Shown here one piece after another: positions 1 to 9,922 of a stretch of DNA of 25,776 bases. The notes under the pieces are model-generated. The model saw only the letters and a program-made list of their open reading frames with translations. It was not told the origin of the DNA and made no database searches. The first letter of the stretch is position 1. Each line of letters begins with the position of its first letter. The stretch is from IMG/VR virus record IMGVR_UViG_3300028025_004073. One strand, given 5' to 3'. This DNA comes from an uncultured virus (IMG/VR IMGVR_UViG_3300028025_004073) (taxonomy: Duplodnaviria; Heunggongvirae; Uroviricota; Caudoviricetes). The position numbers and the translations under genes are program-made.

Positions 1-417
1 GACATTCTTTTTGTTGACGGTGTGTATCTAATGGATGACGAGCAAGGAGAACCAAAGGGTTCGCCACAGGCGCTCACAAACATCACTCGGTCTTTAAAGC
101 GTCTTGCACAGACTGCTGACATTCCAATTGTTGGGACTACCCAGGTTCTTTCATGGAAGTTGGGTAACAAGAAGTCACGCAAGGTAACGGTTGACTCAAT
201 TGGTTACACCTCGTCATTTGCTCAAGACTCAGACCTTGTTATTGCAGTTGAGTCTGATCCAGATATTGAGAACCAAGGAATCATTCGTGTAGTCATTGCA
301 CGTTCAGCCCCACAAGGAGAGATTAGAATTAACTGGGACTGGAACAACATGGACTTTACAGAGGTAGGAGAAGATGAGGATGATAATGACTCGGACAATG
401 ACAACTGGTACTACTGA
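1..417 (+). CDS. dnaB: DnaB-like replicative helicase, C-terminal part (5' truncated by the window)
   Basis: Frame open from base 1 (DILFVDGVYLM, Walker B-like). SF4-type motifs 'ITRSLKRLAQ..DIPIVGTTQ' and 'SSFAQDSDLVI'; acidic tail; directly upstream of primase. Confidence 0.8.
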   Translation, partial: DILFVDGVYLMDDEQGEPKGSPQALTNITRSLKRLAQTADIPIVGTTQVLSWKLGNKKSRKVTVDSIGYTSSFAQDSDLVIAVESDPDIENQGIIRVVIARSAPQGEIRINWDWNNMDFTEVGEDEDDNDSDNDNWYY

Positions 418-1309
418 TATTGCTGGTGTCCTAACTCAGTTAGGAGTAACCGTAAAGCGTGTAGGTGAGAAGGAAATATCTGGGTGTTGTCCTGTACACG
501 CTGCACGAACTGGTAAAGAAGATAGGTCACCATCGTGGTCAATGAATGCAAACACTGGTTTGTGGATTTGTTATTCCTGTGGTGCTAAAGGAACATTGTC
601 AACCCTTGTTTCAGAACTTACTGGTGAGCCAGACAGCATTATTGCTGTACATACTTTCTTGATTAACTCTGGTCTTGAAAGATTGACAGCAGAACCTGTT
701 GCTGAGTTAAAGCCAGAAGTAGATTGGAAAATGTTTAGTTCTTTTCCAGCGCCCTCTGACAACTGGTTGTGGACTCGTGGTCTTGATAGAGCGTCTGCAA
801 GAAAGTATGGAGTTAGGTTTGATGAGAAGAAACAAGCATGGATTCTTCCCATAGTTTCTTCGTTTGGTGAATTGCTTGGGTGGCAAGAGAAAGAACCATC
901 ACAGGTTCGCAACTACCCAATCGGGATTAAGAAGTCAGATACGCTATTTGGCCTAGACAAAGTTTCTCAAAAGATTGTAATGGTTGTTGAGTCCCCGTTA
1001 GATGTAGTCAGGGTTGACACTGTTATGGATGGGGTAAGTGCCGTGGCAACTTTTGGAGCACACGTAAGTAAGGCCCAGATACGTCTTCTATCCGAACATG
1101 CTGACGGGTTAATTATTGCTATGGATAATGATGAGGCAGGTATTGAGTCTGCAAAACGTATTACAAAGCAGTTACCAGCGTTTAGGTATGGTGTAAAATA
1201 TATACACTACGCACACACGAACGCAAAAGACATCGGTGAAATGACTCAAGACGAAACGCTAACGGCAATAAAGCAAGCATCAGTAATACCTTGGTGGATA
1301 AATGTTTAA
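374..1309 (+). CDS. dnaG: DNA primase (CHC2 zinc finger + TOPRIM); true start may be 380 or 398
   Basis: CPVH...SPSWSMN..TGLWICYSCG zinc finger; TOPRIM VVESPLD, MDNDEAG and KDIGEM. Confidence 0.9.
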   Translation: MRMIMTRTMTTGTTDIAGVLTQLGVTVKRVGEKEISGCCPVHAARTGKEDRSPSWSMNANTGLWICYSCGAKGTLSTLVSELTGEPDSIIAVHTFLINSGLERLTAEPVAELKPEVDWKMFSSFPAPSDNWLWTRGLDRASARKYGVRFDEKKQAWILPIVSSFGELLGWQEKEPSQVRNYPIGIKKSDTLFGLDKVSQKIVMVVESPLDVVRVDTVMDGVSAVATFGAHVSKAQIRLLSEHADGLIIAMDNDEAGIESAKRITKQLPAFRYGVKYIHYAHTNAKDIGEMTQDETLTAIKQASVIPWWINV

Positions 1310-2846
1310 AGGGAAACTTTATCCGTTTCAAGAAGAGGCAACCGAACTCATGGTTGACCGTGGTCAAATGTTGTTAGCCCTAGTGATGGGTGCTGGTAAA
1401 ACTGTTACTACTATTGCTGCACTAGAAAAGTTGTTTGAGTCTGGTGAGATAAAGAAAGTAATTGTGGTAGTCCCATCTGCATTGAAGTATCAATGGGCTA
1501 GAGAAATTAAAAAGTTTACTGATTCTGATGTCGTTGTTATTGATGGTTCTGCTGCCGCTAGAAAGAAAGAATGGCGTAACGCACTCAGCGCAAAGTACGT
1601 TGTTGTTAACCCTGAATCATTAGTTAACGACTTGGCTCATTTTGAAAAACATAAGTTTGATGCAATTGTGGTTGACGAAGCAACCATGATTAAGACCCCA
1701 AGAGCCAAGCGTTCTAGGCTCATTAAGCGCATAGGTAAGAAATACCATTACAGGTTTGCGCTCACTGGTCAGCCTATTGAGAATCGCCCAGAAGAATTGT
1801 TTTCTATTATGGAGTTTGTTGACCCAGCAGTACTTGGGAAGTTTGAAGTGTTTGACCGCACCTTTATTGTGCGTGATCATTTTGGTAAGCCAAGCAGATA
1901 TCGAAATCTTAAGGCTCTAAATGAAAGTATGCAAGACGTAATGGTCCGCAAAACTCGTGAAGATATTCAAGACCAGTTGCCCCAAGTAATCAACCACTTC
2001 ATTCCAGTACCATTTGATTCCGCAGGTGCTGCTGTGTATAGGAAGTTGTCTAATGACTTGCTTGATTCTATTCAAAAAGCAATAACCCAACATGGCAGAG
2101 GGTTTGATTTGTGGGCGCACTATTACGGAAACAATAAGAACATGGAAGCACAGGGGGATGTCATGTCCAGATTGACTACCCTACGTATGTTCTGTGATAA
2201 CCCAGAACTGGTAAAGATATCCGCAGAGCAATACCTAGACGACAATAACGATCAAGGTAGTAAGCATGCTTCTCAAGTTGTAGCACAGGGTCTTATTCCA
2301 GAGAGGTTTAACACCCCCAAGTTAGATGCGGTGCTTCAGTACATTGAAGATGTTTTAAATGAAGATCCAAAGAATAAAGTTGTATTGTTTTCGTTTTTTA
2401 AAAACAATTTACGATTAATTCAAAACGCTACAAAAGGGCTAACCAACAGCGTTTTGTTTATGGGTGGCATGGATATGATGTCTAGAGACAGAGCAAAACA
2501 ACAGTTTGCTAACGATCCAAACACCCGTTTGTTCTTATCATCGGATGCTGGTGGCTACGGTGTGGACTTACCTGTGGCTAACTATTTGATTTCCTATGAC
2601 CTTCCTTGGAGCGCTGGAAAACTAGACCAACGAGAAGCCAGAATTATCAGGTTGTCATCTGAGTTTCCGCACGTTAACATAGTCTCATTCGTAATGAAGG
2701 GGAGTATTGAAGAGAGGCAATACGAAATGTTGCAAGAGAAAAGGAACATCAACAAAGCATTCGTTGATGGTGGTCACGACCACAAAGGAAACTTTCAACT
2801 GAACTTAGGCGCATTGTCTTCGTTCTTAACAAACAGCGAGGTATAA
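1302..2846 (+). CDS. SNF2-family (SF2) helicase
   Basis: LYPFQ Q-motif, MGAGKT Walker A, VVPSALKYQW, DEAT Walker B variant, ALTGQP, SDAGGYGVDL, YDLPWS..KLDQREARIIR. Confidence 0.92.
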   Translation: MFKGKLYPFQEEATELMVDRGQMLLALVMGAGKTVTTIAALEKLFESGEIKKVIVVVPSALKYQWAREIKKFTDSDVVVIDGSAAARKKEWRNALSAKYVVVNPESLVNDLAHFEKHKFDAIVVDEATMIKTPRAKRSRLIKRIGKKYHYRFALTGQPIENRPEELFSIMEFVDPAVLGKFEVFDRTFIVRDHFGKPSRYRNLKALNESMQDVMVRKTREDIQDQLPQVINHFIPVPFDSAGAAVYRKLSNDLLDSIQKAITQHGRGFDLWAHYYGNNKNMEAQGDVMSRLTTLRMFCDNPELVKISAEQYLDDNNDQGSKHASQVVAQGLIPERFNTPKLDAVLQYIEDVLNEDPKNKVVLFSFFKNNLRLIQNATKGLTNSVLFMGGMDMMSRDRAKQQFANDPNTRLFLSSDAGGYGVDLPVANYLISYDLPWSAGKLDQREARIIRLSSEFPHVNIVSFVMKGSIEERQYEMLQEKRNINKAFVDGGHDHKGNFQLNLGALSSFLTNSEV

Positions 2847-2847
2847 C

Positions 2848-3267
2848 ATGGCAAAGATTGTAAGAGAAACACCAGCATCAGAATTTAATGAAGCGCATGC
2901 ACGGCGAGTGGTTGAGGATTACAAGAACCACAAGTCAATGCTTGACCAAGTTCAGAAAAGAGCAGACGCTCTTAAAGCAGAACTAACTGAGATGCTTGTT
3001 GCTCACGGTAACCCAGATGAAAAGGGAAACATCTGGATTGACTTGGGAGATGTAGAACTTAAGCGTGAGCGCCGTGTATCCAAATCGTTTAACACCAGTG
3101 CTGCTGAAGCATGGGCTAAAGAGAACGGTCATTGGGATACTGTAAAAGAAGTTATTGAAGTTCTTAGTGAGGACAAGTTGCTTGGCCTTGCTTGGAATGA
3201 CGAAAACATTCAAGAGAAAGTTAAGACGTTTTATGTTGAGAAAGAAACATGGGCGCTCAAGGCTTAG
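2848..3267 (+). CDS. Hypothetical protein with N-terminal coiled coil
   Basis: 139 aa; AGCGAGG upstream; starts 1 nt after the helicase stop; heptad-like segment; no recognised family. Confidence 0.7.
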   Translation: MAKIVRETPASEFNEAHARRVVEDYKNHKSMLDQVQKRADALKAELTEMLVAHGNPDEKGNIWIDLGDVELKRERRVSKSFNTSAAEAWAKENGHWDTVKEVIEVLSEDKLLGLAWNDENIQEKVKTFYVEKETWALKA

Positions 3268-3689
3268 ATAGTTTTCTTGAGGATCTTCCTAACTACCCTG
3301 GAAAGAAGCCGCCTAAAAACAGGGCGGAAACTAAAAAGAGTAAGGAAGAAGATCCTTTTGAATTTCTTCACGCAACGTACTACCAGGTGCGTGGGGAAAA
3401 GGTGGCCTTCTACACAATTGGGGAGGTTGCCAAAGCACTTGGAAGAAAACCAGATACATTACGACACTGGGAACATGATGGAATTATTCCTGTTCCAAAG
3501 TTTCGGACTTCTCCTCCAGAGGGGAATCAAATTCCTGGAAAAAGTTCCAAGGGGCGTAGGCTTTACAGCCGAAGTCAGGTAGAGTTACTGCTATACGCAG
3601 TTGATCATTTTGGACTCAATAAAGCACGAGGACAAAATGTAGATTGGGTAGCATTCAAAAAACACATACATACACACTGGTCAAATTAA
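3249..3689 (+). CDS. MerR-type helix-turn-helix DNA-binding protein
   Basis: YTIGEVAKALGRKPDTLRHWEHDGIIP...RRLYS matches the MerR/excisionase HTH pattern. Confidence 0.8.
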   Translation: MGAQGLDSFLEDLPNYPGKKPPKNRAETKKSKEEDPFEFLHATYYQVRGEKVAFYTIGEVAKALGRKPDTLRHWEHDGIIPVPKFRTSPPEGNQIPGKSSKGRRLYSRSQVELLLYAVDHFGLNKARGQNVDWVAFKKHIHTHWSN

Positions 3690-3711
3690 ACACACGAAAG
3701 CAAGGTACATC

Positions 3712-4392
3712 ATGTCAAACCGTTATGACGAATATGAAGATGACGAGCAAGAAATTGCATCGCCAGTAAAAGCAAAGCAAACAAACGCAACTGAAGCACC
3801 AGCAGCACGATCAATCAAGCGTGGTTGGGGTGCAGCAGACCGTGTTCAGGAAGCATCCTCACCGTACGCACAGCGCTTCAAGGTAACTGAAGACACACAA
3901 GTCATCAAGTTCTTGGAAGACGAACCATACGCATCGTTCCGCACACACTGGATTGATGGTCGTCAAGGCCAGAAGTCTTTTGTCTGCTTGCATGACGATC
4001 CAAATGGTTGCCCACTTTGTGATGCAGGCAATCGCCCAAGCACGAAGTTTGCATTCAACATTGCAGTCCTTAGCAATGAAGAAGAAGCAATTGTTAAGTC
4101 GTTTGAAGTTGGCGTTCGTCTGATTGACCAACTAAAGAACTTCCACCTTGACCCACGTCAAGGACCTCTGTCCAAGAACTATTGGGCAGTATCCAAGACT
4201 GGCAAGGGAGCACAGACACAGACCATCTTGCAGATGGTACGTGAGCGTGACCTTGAGGAATGGAATCTCAAAGCATTTGATGAAGACACCATGAAGGTGT
4301 TGAACAACAATGCTTACGATCCAAGCATCATCAAGATCCCTACTCGCACAGAACTGTTGGAAGTAGCAACAGACATTCTTGACGCTCAATAA
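3712..4392 (+). CDS. Probable single-stranded DNA-binding protein (T4 gp32-like, Zn-binding)
   Basis: IKFL, HW, FVCL..DPNGCPLC and 'VSKTGKGAQT' pattern; position immediately before the DNA polymerase. Confidence 0.65.
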   Translation: MSNRYDEYEDDEQEIASPVKAKQTNATEAPAARSIKRGWGAADRVQEASSPYAQRFKVTEDTQVIKFLEDEPYASFRTHWIDGRQGQKSFVCLHDDPNGCPLCDAGNRPSTKFAFNIAVLSNEEEAIVKSFEVGVRLIDQLKNFHLDPRQGPLSKNYWAVSKTGKGAQTQTILQMVRERDLEEWNLKAFDEDTMKVLNNNAYDPSIIKIPTRTELLEVATDILDAQ

Positions 4393-4397
4393 TCTTT

Positions 4398-6449
4398 ATG
4401 CAACAGACGGTTCACACCGTTGAAGAGTTGCACAAACTTGTTGAGATAGTTACAAAGGCAGGGGAATTTGCCTTTGACATTGAGTCCCGTGGGGTTATTG
4501 AGCGCCATGATGATATCAATACACTTTTCTTGAAAGAGTGTAAAGATCACATTGCAACGCTCAAAAACCCTACGGATTCAATTGTTGCCTCATCAACGGA
4601 AGCAATTCGCCAACGATACCTAAAAGATTTAGCACTAGACCCTCTACGTAACGAGGTGTTTTGGATTGGCATTGCTACCTACGGTCACTCATGGGCTATA
4701 CCTATGGGTCATTTGCTTGGTGAGATAGTTATTCCAGAAGAACGTGGTGACGGTACAACCATCCCACCATCTGGATATCGCAAGGTAACAGCAAGCGGTA
4801 AGGAGTCAATGGCTAAAGCCAAATATGTGATTCCAGGTGTCTATTCAGACCCACCAGCGCAGTTATCTCGCTATGAAGTTTTTGAAGCGTTGCGCCCAAT
4901 ATTCTTTAGCGACCTTGTAAAGGTTGGTCACAACGTAAAGTTTGACGCTCGCTCTATTAAGAAGTACTACGGAGAGTTACCACCAGGTCCATACATGGAC
5001 ACGATGATTCTTCAACATCTAGAGAATGAGAACTCACAATCGTTTTCGTTGACTAACTTAATTGCCCAGAACTTTGGTGGGCATGATGCTTACGCCAAGG
5101 AAGGAAAACTTGGTGCTGTTATTAACACTGTTCCCTTTAGTTCTGCGGCTAAGTACGTTCACTTAGATGCTCGTTGGACATGGTTGCTTTACTCTAAGTT
5201 GCGTTCTAAGTTAAACCTTATTGAAGATTTACAGCCAGCCATTCAGCAAGAGTCTGAAGTTCTTCGGGTGCTCATGTGTATGGAAGAAGAAGGGATTACA
5301 GTTAACTCAGCCTCACTTAAGTTATTGAGGAAAGAACTGGATGCCAAGATGCGTGAGTGCCTACTGGACATTGTAGACAACTCCTACGCAGGGTTTAACC
5401 CAGACTCTAATAAGGACAAACAAACGTACTTGTTTACAGGTAAGCGAGCAGGTGGCCTAGGGCTTAAGCCAACTAAGAAGACCGCTAAGGGGGTTCCATC
5501 AGTTGATGCGGATGCTCTTGAGAAACTTAAAGGCAAGCATCCCTTGATCCCACTTTTGTTGCAATGGTCAGAACTTGGGAAGATGAAATCAACATATGTT
5601 GATGGTCTTATACCTAAGTTAAACAACGGCAAGTTGCACCCATCGTTTAACATGCACCGAGCAGCAACTGGTCGGTTATCTTCATCTAATCCAAACTTGC
5701 AGAACATTCCACGAGACTCCACCATCCGTAGTTTGTTTGTACCACCAGATAAGTACACCATGTTGGTGGCTGACTACGACCAGATTGAACTCCGAGTCAT
5801 GGCAATGTTTAGTCAAGATGAACGGTTGCTTCATATTTTTAAACACAACGAAGACATTCACGCCGCTACTGCGGCTGCCGTGTTTAAGAAGCCTTTAGAA
5901 GAGGTAACATCTGAAGAACGACAGATTGGTAAAGGTGTTAACTTCCTCACCGCATACGGTGGTGGTCATAAAAAACTTGCCCTACAAACAGGTATTGAAG
6001 AAGAACACGCTATGTCGATACTTGATAACTACTACAAGAGTTTTGCTGGGTTGACTAGGTGGAAGCAGATTGCTATTACCAAGGCTGTTCGTTCTGGGTA
6101 TGTGTCCACGATTAGTGGTCGCAGGCGTAGGCTTCCAGAGTTGTTATCAAAAGATTCGTTTACACAGTCACGAGCACAACGCCAAGCCATTAACGCCATT
6201 ATTCAGGGAAGCGCCGCAGATATCTGTAAGCAAGCCATGATTGATGTGGACAAGGCTTTTACAGGGACACAGGCAAGGATGCTTGTACAAGTGCATGACG
6301 AACTTGTAGCAATTGCCCCAGAAGAAGACGAAATCTCTGCAATGTCCACCCTAGTTACTGCGATGGGTCACGATAGGAGTATTATGGGGGTCACACTTAA
6401 AGTGTCGTGTCATGCAGCAACTAATTGGTCGGAGGCAAAAGGAAAATGA
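4398..6449 (+). CDS. polA: Family A DNA polymerase (3'-5' exonuclease + polymerase, no 5'-3' exonuclease)
   Basis: ExoI FDIES, ExoII GHNVKFD, ExoIII YVHLD; TGRLSSSNPNLQNIP; motif A ADYDQIELR; motif B RQIGKGVNFLTAYG; motif C QVHDEL. Confidence 0.97.
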   Translation: MQQTVHTVEELHKLVEIVTKAGEFAFDIESRGVIERHDDINTLFLKECKDHIATLKNPTDSIVASSTEAIRQRYLKDLALDPLRNEVFWIGIATYGHSWAIPMGHLLGEIVIPEERGDGTTIPPSGYRKVTASGKESMAKAKYVIPGVYSDPPAQLSRYEVFEALRPIFFSDLVKVGHNVKFDARSIKKYYGELPPGPYMDTMILQHLENENSQSFSLTNLIAQNFGGHDAYAKEGKLGAVINTVPFSSAAKYVHLDARWTWLLYSKLRSKLNLIEDLQPAIQQESEVLRVLMCMEEEGITVNSASLKLLRKELDAKMRECLLDIVDNSYAGFNPDSNKDKQTYLFTGKRAGGLGLKPTKKTAKGVPSVDADALEKLKGKHPLIPLLLQWSELGKMKSTYVDGLIPKLNNGKLHPSFNMHRAATGRLSSSNPNLQNIPRDSTIRSLFVPPDKYTMLVADYDQIELRVMAMFSQDERLLHIFKHNEDIHAATAAAVFKKPLEEVTSEERQIGKGVNFLTAYGGGHKKLALQTGIEEEHAMSILDNYYKSFAGLTRWKQIAITKAVRSGYVSTISGRRRRLPELLSKDSFTQSRAQRQAINAIIQGSAADICKQAMIDVDKAFTGTQARMLVQVHDELVAIAPEEDEISAMSTLVTAMGHDRSIMGVTLKVSCHAATNWSEAKGK

Positions 6450-6796
6450 ATCTTATTACTGAGAAAAGAAACTTCTGTCTTATGCTTTCCATTCCATCAG
6501 GACAAGACGTTGCTGTAAAGTTAGGCTTTACCCCATCTTCTGAAGATGTTAAGGAATTAGAGCAACAACAGATTGATGAGCAGTGGGAACTCCTACATGA
6601 TTTTGGAATCTTTGATGAGATTGCTGAGTCAGTTGATTGGTTTACAGAGGTTCTAACCACTAGCCTAGATGACGAGGAATTACCACCTTTGGCTGCGGTT
6701 GAAAGTTCAAAGAATGTGTTAATTTCTTATGGAATGGCACTTGTTCAAAAACTATTAGAAAATCAAATGATTGCGATAATCTCTCCGTTAGAATAA
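6446..6796 (+). CDS. Hypothetical acidic protein (116 aa)
   Basis: ATGA overlap with the polA stop places the start at 6446 rather than 6425. Confidence 0.7.
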   Translation: MNLITEKRNFCLMLSIPSGQDVAVKLGFTPSSEDVKELEQQQIDEQWELLHDFGIFDEIAESVDWFTEVLTTSLDDEELPPLAAVESSKNVLISYGMALVQKLLENQMIAIISPLE

Positions 6797-6806
6797 GGAA
6801 ACAATA

Positions 6807-7184
6807 ATGAGCAGTTGGTGGGATAGGAAGTTAAACAACGCACCCCAAGAAGAACGTAGGGCGTTACCGTCTGAGCGAGTAGTTTTGCCTGCACTACAAC
6901 AGCAAGCGCAACAACGTGTAATGCAGTCACCGTTACAGCACCAAACAACTGTTGCCCAACAAGTTGACCCTAACGGGCAGACCGACATGGGTACTGCTAT
7001 TCGTTCATGGAAAGGTGGGGAAGCACATCGTGTTGACGGTAACCAAACATGCCCACGATGTGGAAGTGGGAATGTATTTAGTAGATCAAATGCATCAGCA
7101 GGTGGAAAAGTTCCTGCTCCAAGATGCTTTCAATGTGGGTGGAACTCCCTGTATGATCAAGGTGAACAATCAAACTGGGTATAG
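6807..7184 (+). CDS. Hypothetical protein with C-terminal zinc ribbon
   Basis: AAGGA upstream; Gln-rich middle; CPRC...CFQC. Confidence 0.75.
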   Translation: MSSWWDRKLNNAPQEERRALPSERVVLPALQQQAQQRVMQSPLQHQTTVAQQVDPNGQTDMGTAIRSWKGGEAHRVDGNQTCPRCGSGNVFSRSNASAGGKVPAPRCFQCGWNSLYDQGEQSNWV

Positions 7185-7192
7185 GAGTATAC

Positions 7193-8215
7193 GTGGAAAA
7201 CAATTGGGACAGTCTGTCTTCAATCATTAATTCGGTTAACAAACAATATGGTGCAGGAACAATTGTTAAGGGTAGTGAAACCCGTGGCAAGTTAGAGCGT
7301 ATCTCTACAGGTATCTTGTCCTACGACCTCATGCTTGGTGGTGGTTGGCCTGTAAATCAATGGAGTGAAATCATTGGTGAAGAGTCATCAGGTAAGACTG
7401 CACTTGCATTTAAAACTATTGCAACTAACCAAGCACTCAACCCAGACTTCATCGCTTTGTGGATTGCTGCGGAAGAGTTTGTTCCTGAGTATGCAGAGTC
7501 CATAGGTGTTGACCTAGAACGTCTGTGGATTGTTGAAACCAACATCATGGAGCAGGCGTACAACTTGGTTATCAATGTCATGGCTAACCGTGCTGTTGAC
7601 ATGATTGTCATTGACTCACTACCTGCACTTGTTCCAGACGATGAGTCTGAGAAGATGATGGAAGAGTTCACCGTAGGTCTTGGTGCTCGTCTTACATCTA
7701 AGTTCTTCCGCAAGTCATCAGAGGCACAGAAGCGTTCACTTATTACTGATGAGCGCAACTGCACTGGATTGATGATCAACCAATGGAGACAAAAGATTGG
7801 TGTCATGTGGGGTGACCCACGTACAACACCAGGTGGGCTGGCAAAGAACTTTGCTTACTTCTGCCGTGTTGAAGTAAAGCGTGACGAATGGCTGAAAGAC
7901 AAAGATGAAGTTGTTGGTCAAACTATCAAGGCTCGTACACTCAAAAATAAGACTTATCGCCCTAACCAAAGTGCGATCATTGACTTCTATTTTGCAGACA
8001 CACAAGGATTTGAGAAAGGTGACTACGACACTCTTAAAGACATGTTGAACATCGGTATTGCTATTGACATCATTACTCGTGCTGGTGCTTACTACTCGTT
8101 TGGTGAGGGGCGCTGGCAAGGTAAGGACAAGATGCTTGATGCATTCCGTGAAGACCTTGATATGCAGAGAGACTTGATTGCCAAGGTTGAAGCGCACTAC
8201 GGTGTCGCACGGTGA
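7193..8215 (+). CDS. recA: RecA/UvsX-like recombinase
   Basis: AGGAG + GTG start; ISTG...DLMLGGGWP, GEESSGKT Walker A, IVIDSLPAL Walker B, INQWRQKIGVMWGDPRTTPGG, RAGAYYSF. Confidence 0.95.
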   Translation: MENNWDSLSSIINSVNKQYGAGTIVKGSETRGKLERISTGILSYDLMLGGGWPVNQWSEIIGEESSGKTALAFKTIATNQALNPDFIALWIAAEEFVPEYAESIGVDLERLWIVETNIMEQAYNLVINVMANRAVDMIVIDSLPALVPDDESEKMMEEFTVGLGARLTSKFFRKSSEAQKRSLITDERNCTGLMINQWRQKIGVMWGDPRTTPGGLAKNFAYFCRVEVKRDEWLKDKDEVVGQTIKARTLKNKTYRPNQSAIIDFYFADTQGFEKGDYDTLKDMLNIGIAIDIITRAGAYYSFGEGRWQGKDKMLDAFREDLDMQRDLIAKVEAHYGVAR

Positions 8216-8550
8216 GGATTATAGGGAAAGACCCAGCCGATGACAAACGAAAGATCAATAAAGCGTCTGTTAAGCAAGAGAAGCGAACCGCTAATTCGTA
8301 TAAGGGATCTCGTAATGCTCGCTCTGGTGCTGGTTGGCTTCGCAAAAATGATGTTCGTGCGGAGAACTTCCTCATTGAAAACAAACTCACAACAGGACTA
8401 ACACAGATAACTATTAAGGCACTTGATCTTGTTGAGTTGCGTGAACGTGCAATCATTGAGGAAAGAGTTCCTGTATTGCAGTTTGATATTGGCGGTAGGC
8501 GCTATGTTGTTATACCAGAAGATGATTTTTTGGAGATGATTGATGAGTGA
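8212..8550 (+). CDS. PD-(D/E)XK nuclease, Holliday-junction-resolvase-like
   Basis: QEKRTA...SGAGWLRKNDV...LIENK; GTGA overlap with the recA stop. Confidence 0.7.
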   Translation: MRIIGKDPADDKRKINKASVKQEKRTANSYKGSRNARSGAGWLRKNDVRAENFLIENKLTTGLTQITIKALDLVELRERAIIEERVPVLQFDIGGRRYVVIPEDDFLEMIDE

Positions 8551-9493
8551 GATGCATGACTACAAGAAGTTGCTGACCATGAATGGTCGTGTGCTTCCTA
8601 CTGTGGCTATGCAGATCCTAAAAGATCGTAATGTCAAGGAGTCCACACGGGATACAGACCACATTCACCCAAGCGATTTAGCAAAGCGTGATTGGTGTCC
8701 ACGTTCTAATTGGTACACCATTAAGAAGCACCCTAAAGACCCAGACAATTTTTCGTTTCAGCGCTTGAATGTGTTTGCTGAGGGACACTACATTCACGCT
8801 AAATGGCAGGACTGGCTAAATAACGCTGGTGTTCTTGAAGGTTTGTGGCAATGTAAGAACGATATTTGTAACCACAAATGGGAAGCGGTGAGTCCAGAGA
8901 AGTGTCCATCATGCGGAACCCCAAAACCTATTTACCGTGAAGTTCCAATTAGTAACGAAGAACATCATATTCTTGGTCATGCTGACGGTATTGTTAACGA
9001 CAAGCAAGGCCGTACTTTGATTGAGATTAAATCAGTTGGTCTTGGTTCAGTTCGTTTTGAAGCACCCGATTTGTATTACGCATATCAAAAGGGTGAAATA
9101 ACACTTGATGGTTTGTGGAAGAAGATTCGTCAACCTTTTGCAAGCCATATACGTCAAGGTTTGTTGTATATGTATTGCACTGGTATCCACCAAATGACAT
9201 TTCTATACGAATGGAAACCAACACAAGAAGTCAAAGAGTTTGTAGTTGGGTTTACTCCAGAATTAGTGCAACCAATGCTTGACAACTGCAAGCGACTTAT
9301 GTCAGCATTAAACGGAGATATTCCACCAATGCGACCAATGTGGGCAGAAGAACCTACATGCAATGGTTGTAAATACTGTCCTTATAAAAACACATGTTGG
9401 AGACTAGACGATGAATCCAGAGATGGAACTGTTCAAACAAAACTTCCCGTTACCAGAAAAGCCAAAGGGACTACTCCCCGAACTTCCTCGTAA
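8543..9493 (+). CDS. Cas4/RecB-like exonuclease with predicted Fe-S cluster
   Basis: HPSDL...WCPR, EGHYIH, GHADG...LIEIKS, QGLLY, C-terminal CKYCPYKNTCW; extra CxxxxC...CPSC insert. Confidence 0.85.
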   Translation: MSEMHDYKKLLTMNGRVLPTVAMQILKDRNVKESTRDTDHIHPSDLAKRDWCPRSNWYTIKKHPKDPDNFSFQRLNVFAEGHYIHAKWQDWLNNAGVLEGLWQCKNDICNHKWEAVSPEKCPSCGTPKPIYREVPISNEEHHILGHADGIVNDKQGRTLIEIKSVGLGSVRFEAPDLYYAYQKGEITLDGLWKKIRQPFASHIRQGLLYMYCTGIHQMTFLYEWKPTQEVKEFVVGFTPELVQPMLDNCKRLMSALNGDIPPMRPMWAEEPTCNGCKYCPYKNTCWRLDDESRDGTVQTKLPVTRKAKGTTPRTSS

Positions 9494-9881
9494 CATCGGA
9501 GACATCGGGGACTCCGATCTTATGGAGTTGTACACCGACTTTATGGCATGGTTGGTCTATGCCAAGGCTCAACTAGTTCAGGCTGAGATTTCAGAAGAAC
9601 GTGAGCGCAACATCCTTGAGTACCTACAGTCATCTGTATTGATTGAGCAGTGGGGTGACAAGGCTAAGGGTGATTTGGTTACCGTGGCTAAAGCCAAGCG
9701 AGATGTTGACCCAAAGATCCAAGATCAGATTGAAGTACACACACAGAAACGTGCGTACCGTAAGTTGGTAGACACTGTGTTTGATCGCTGCGAACGTGGT
9801 GCTCAAGTAGTTTCCCGTGAACTGTCACGCCGCATTGGTATGTCAGGTAAGGAACTTCGCCAACACAGATTTACGCCATAA
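9411..9881 (+). CDS. Helical hypothetical protein, possibly a UvsY-like recombination mediator
   Basis: 156 aa, long amphipathic helices, size and context near recA; overlaps the upstream gene by 83 nt. Function is inference only. Confidence 0.55.
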   Translation: MNPEMELFKQNFPLPEKPKGLLPELPRNIGDIGDSDLMELYTDFMAWLVYAKAQLVQAEISEERERNILEYLQSSVLIEQWGDKAKGDLVTVAKAKRDVDPKIQDQIEVHTQKRAYRKLVDTVFDRCERGAQVVSRELSRRIGMSGKELRQHRFTP

Positions 9882-9922
9882 AAAGTTTGTACCCACACAC
9901 CAAAATTTGGAGATAGACCCAG

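Noticed and set aside
4398..8215. Inteins or introns in polA or recA
   Set aside because: Lengths are normal, frames are uninterrupted, and there are no splice-junction or homing-endonuclease motifs.
8543..9493. CRISPR-Cas association of the Cas4-like gene
   Set aside because: No repeat-spacer array or other cas gene in the window; solo Cas4-like nucleases are ordinary in phage recombination modules.
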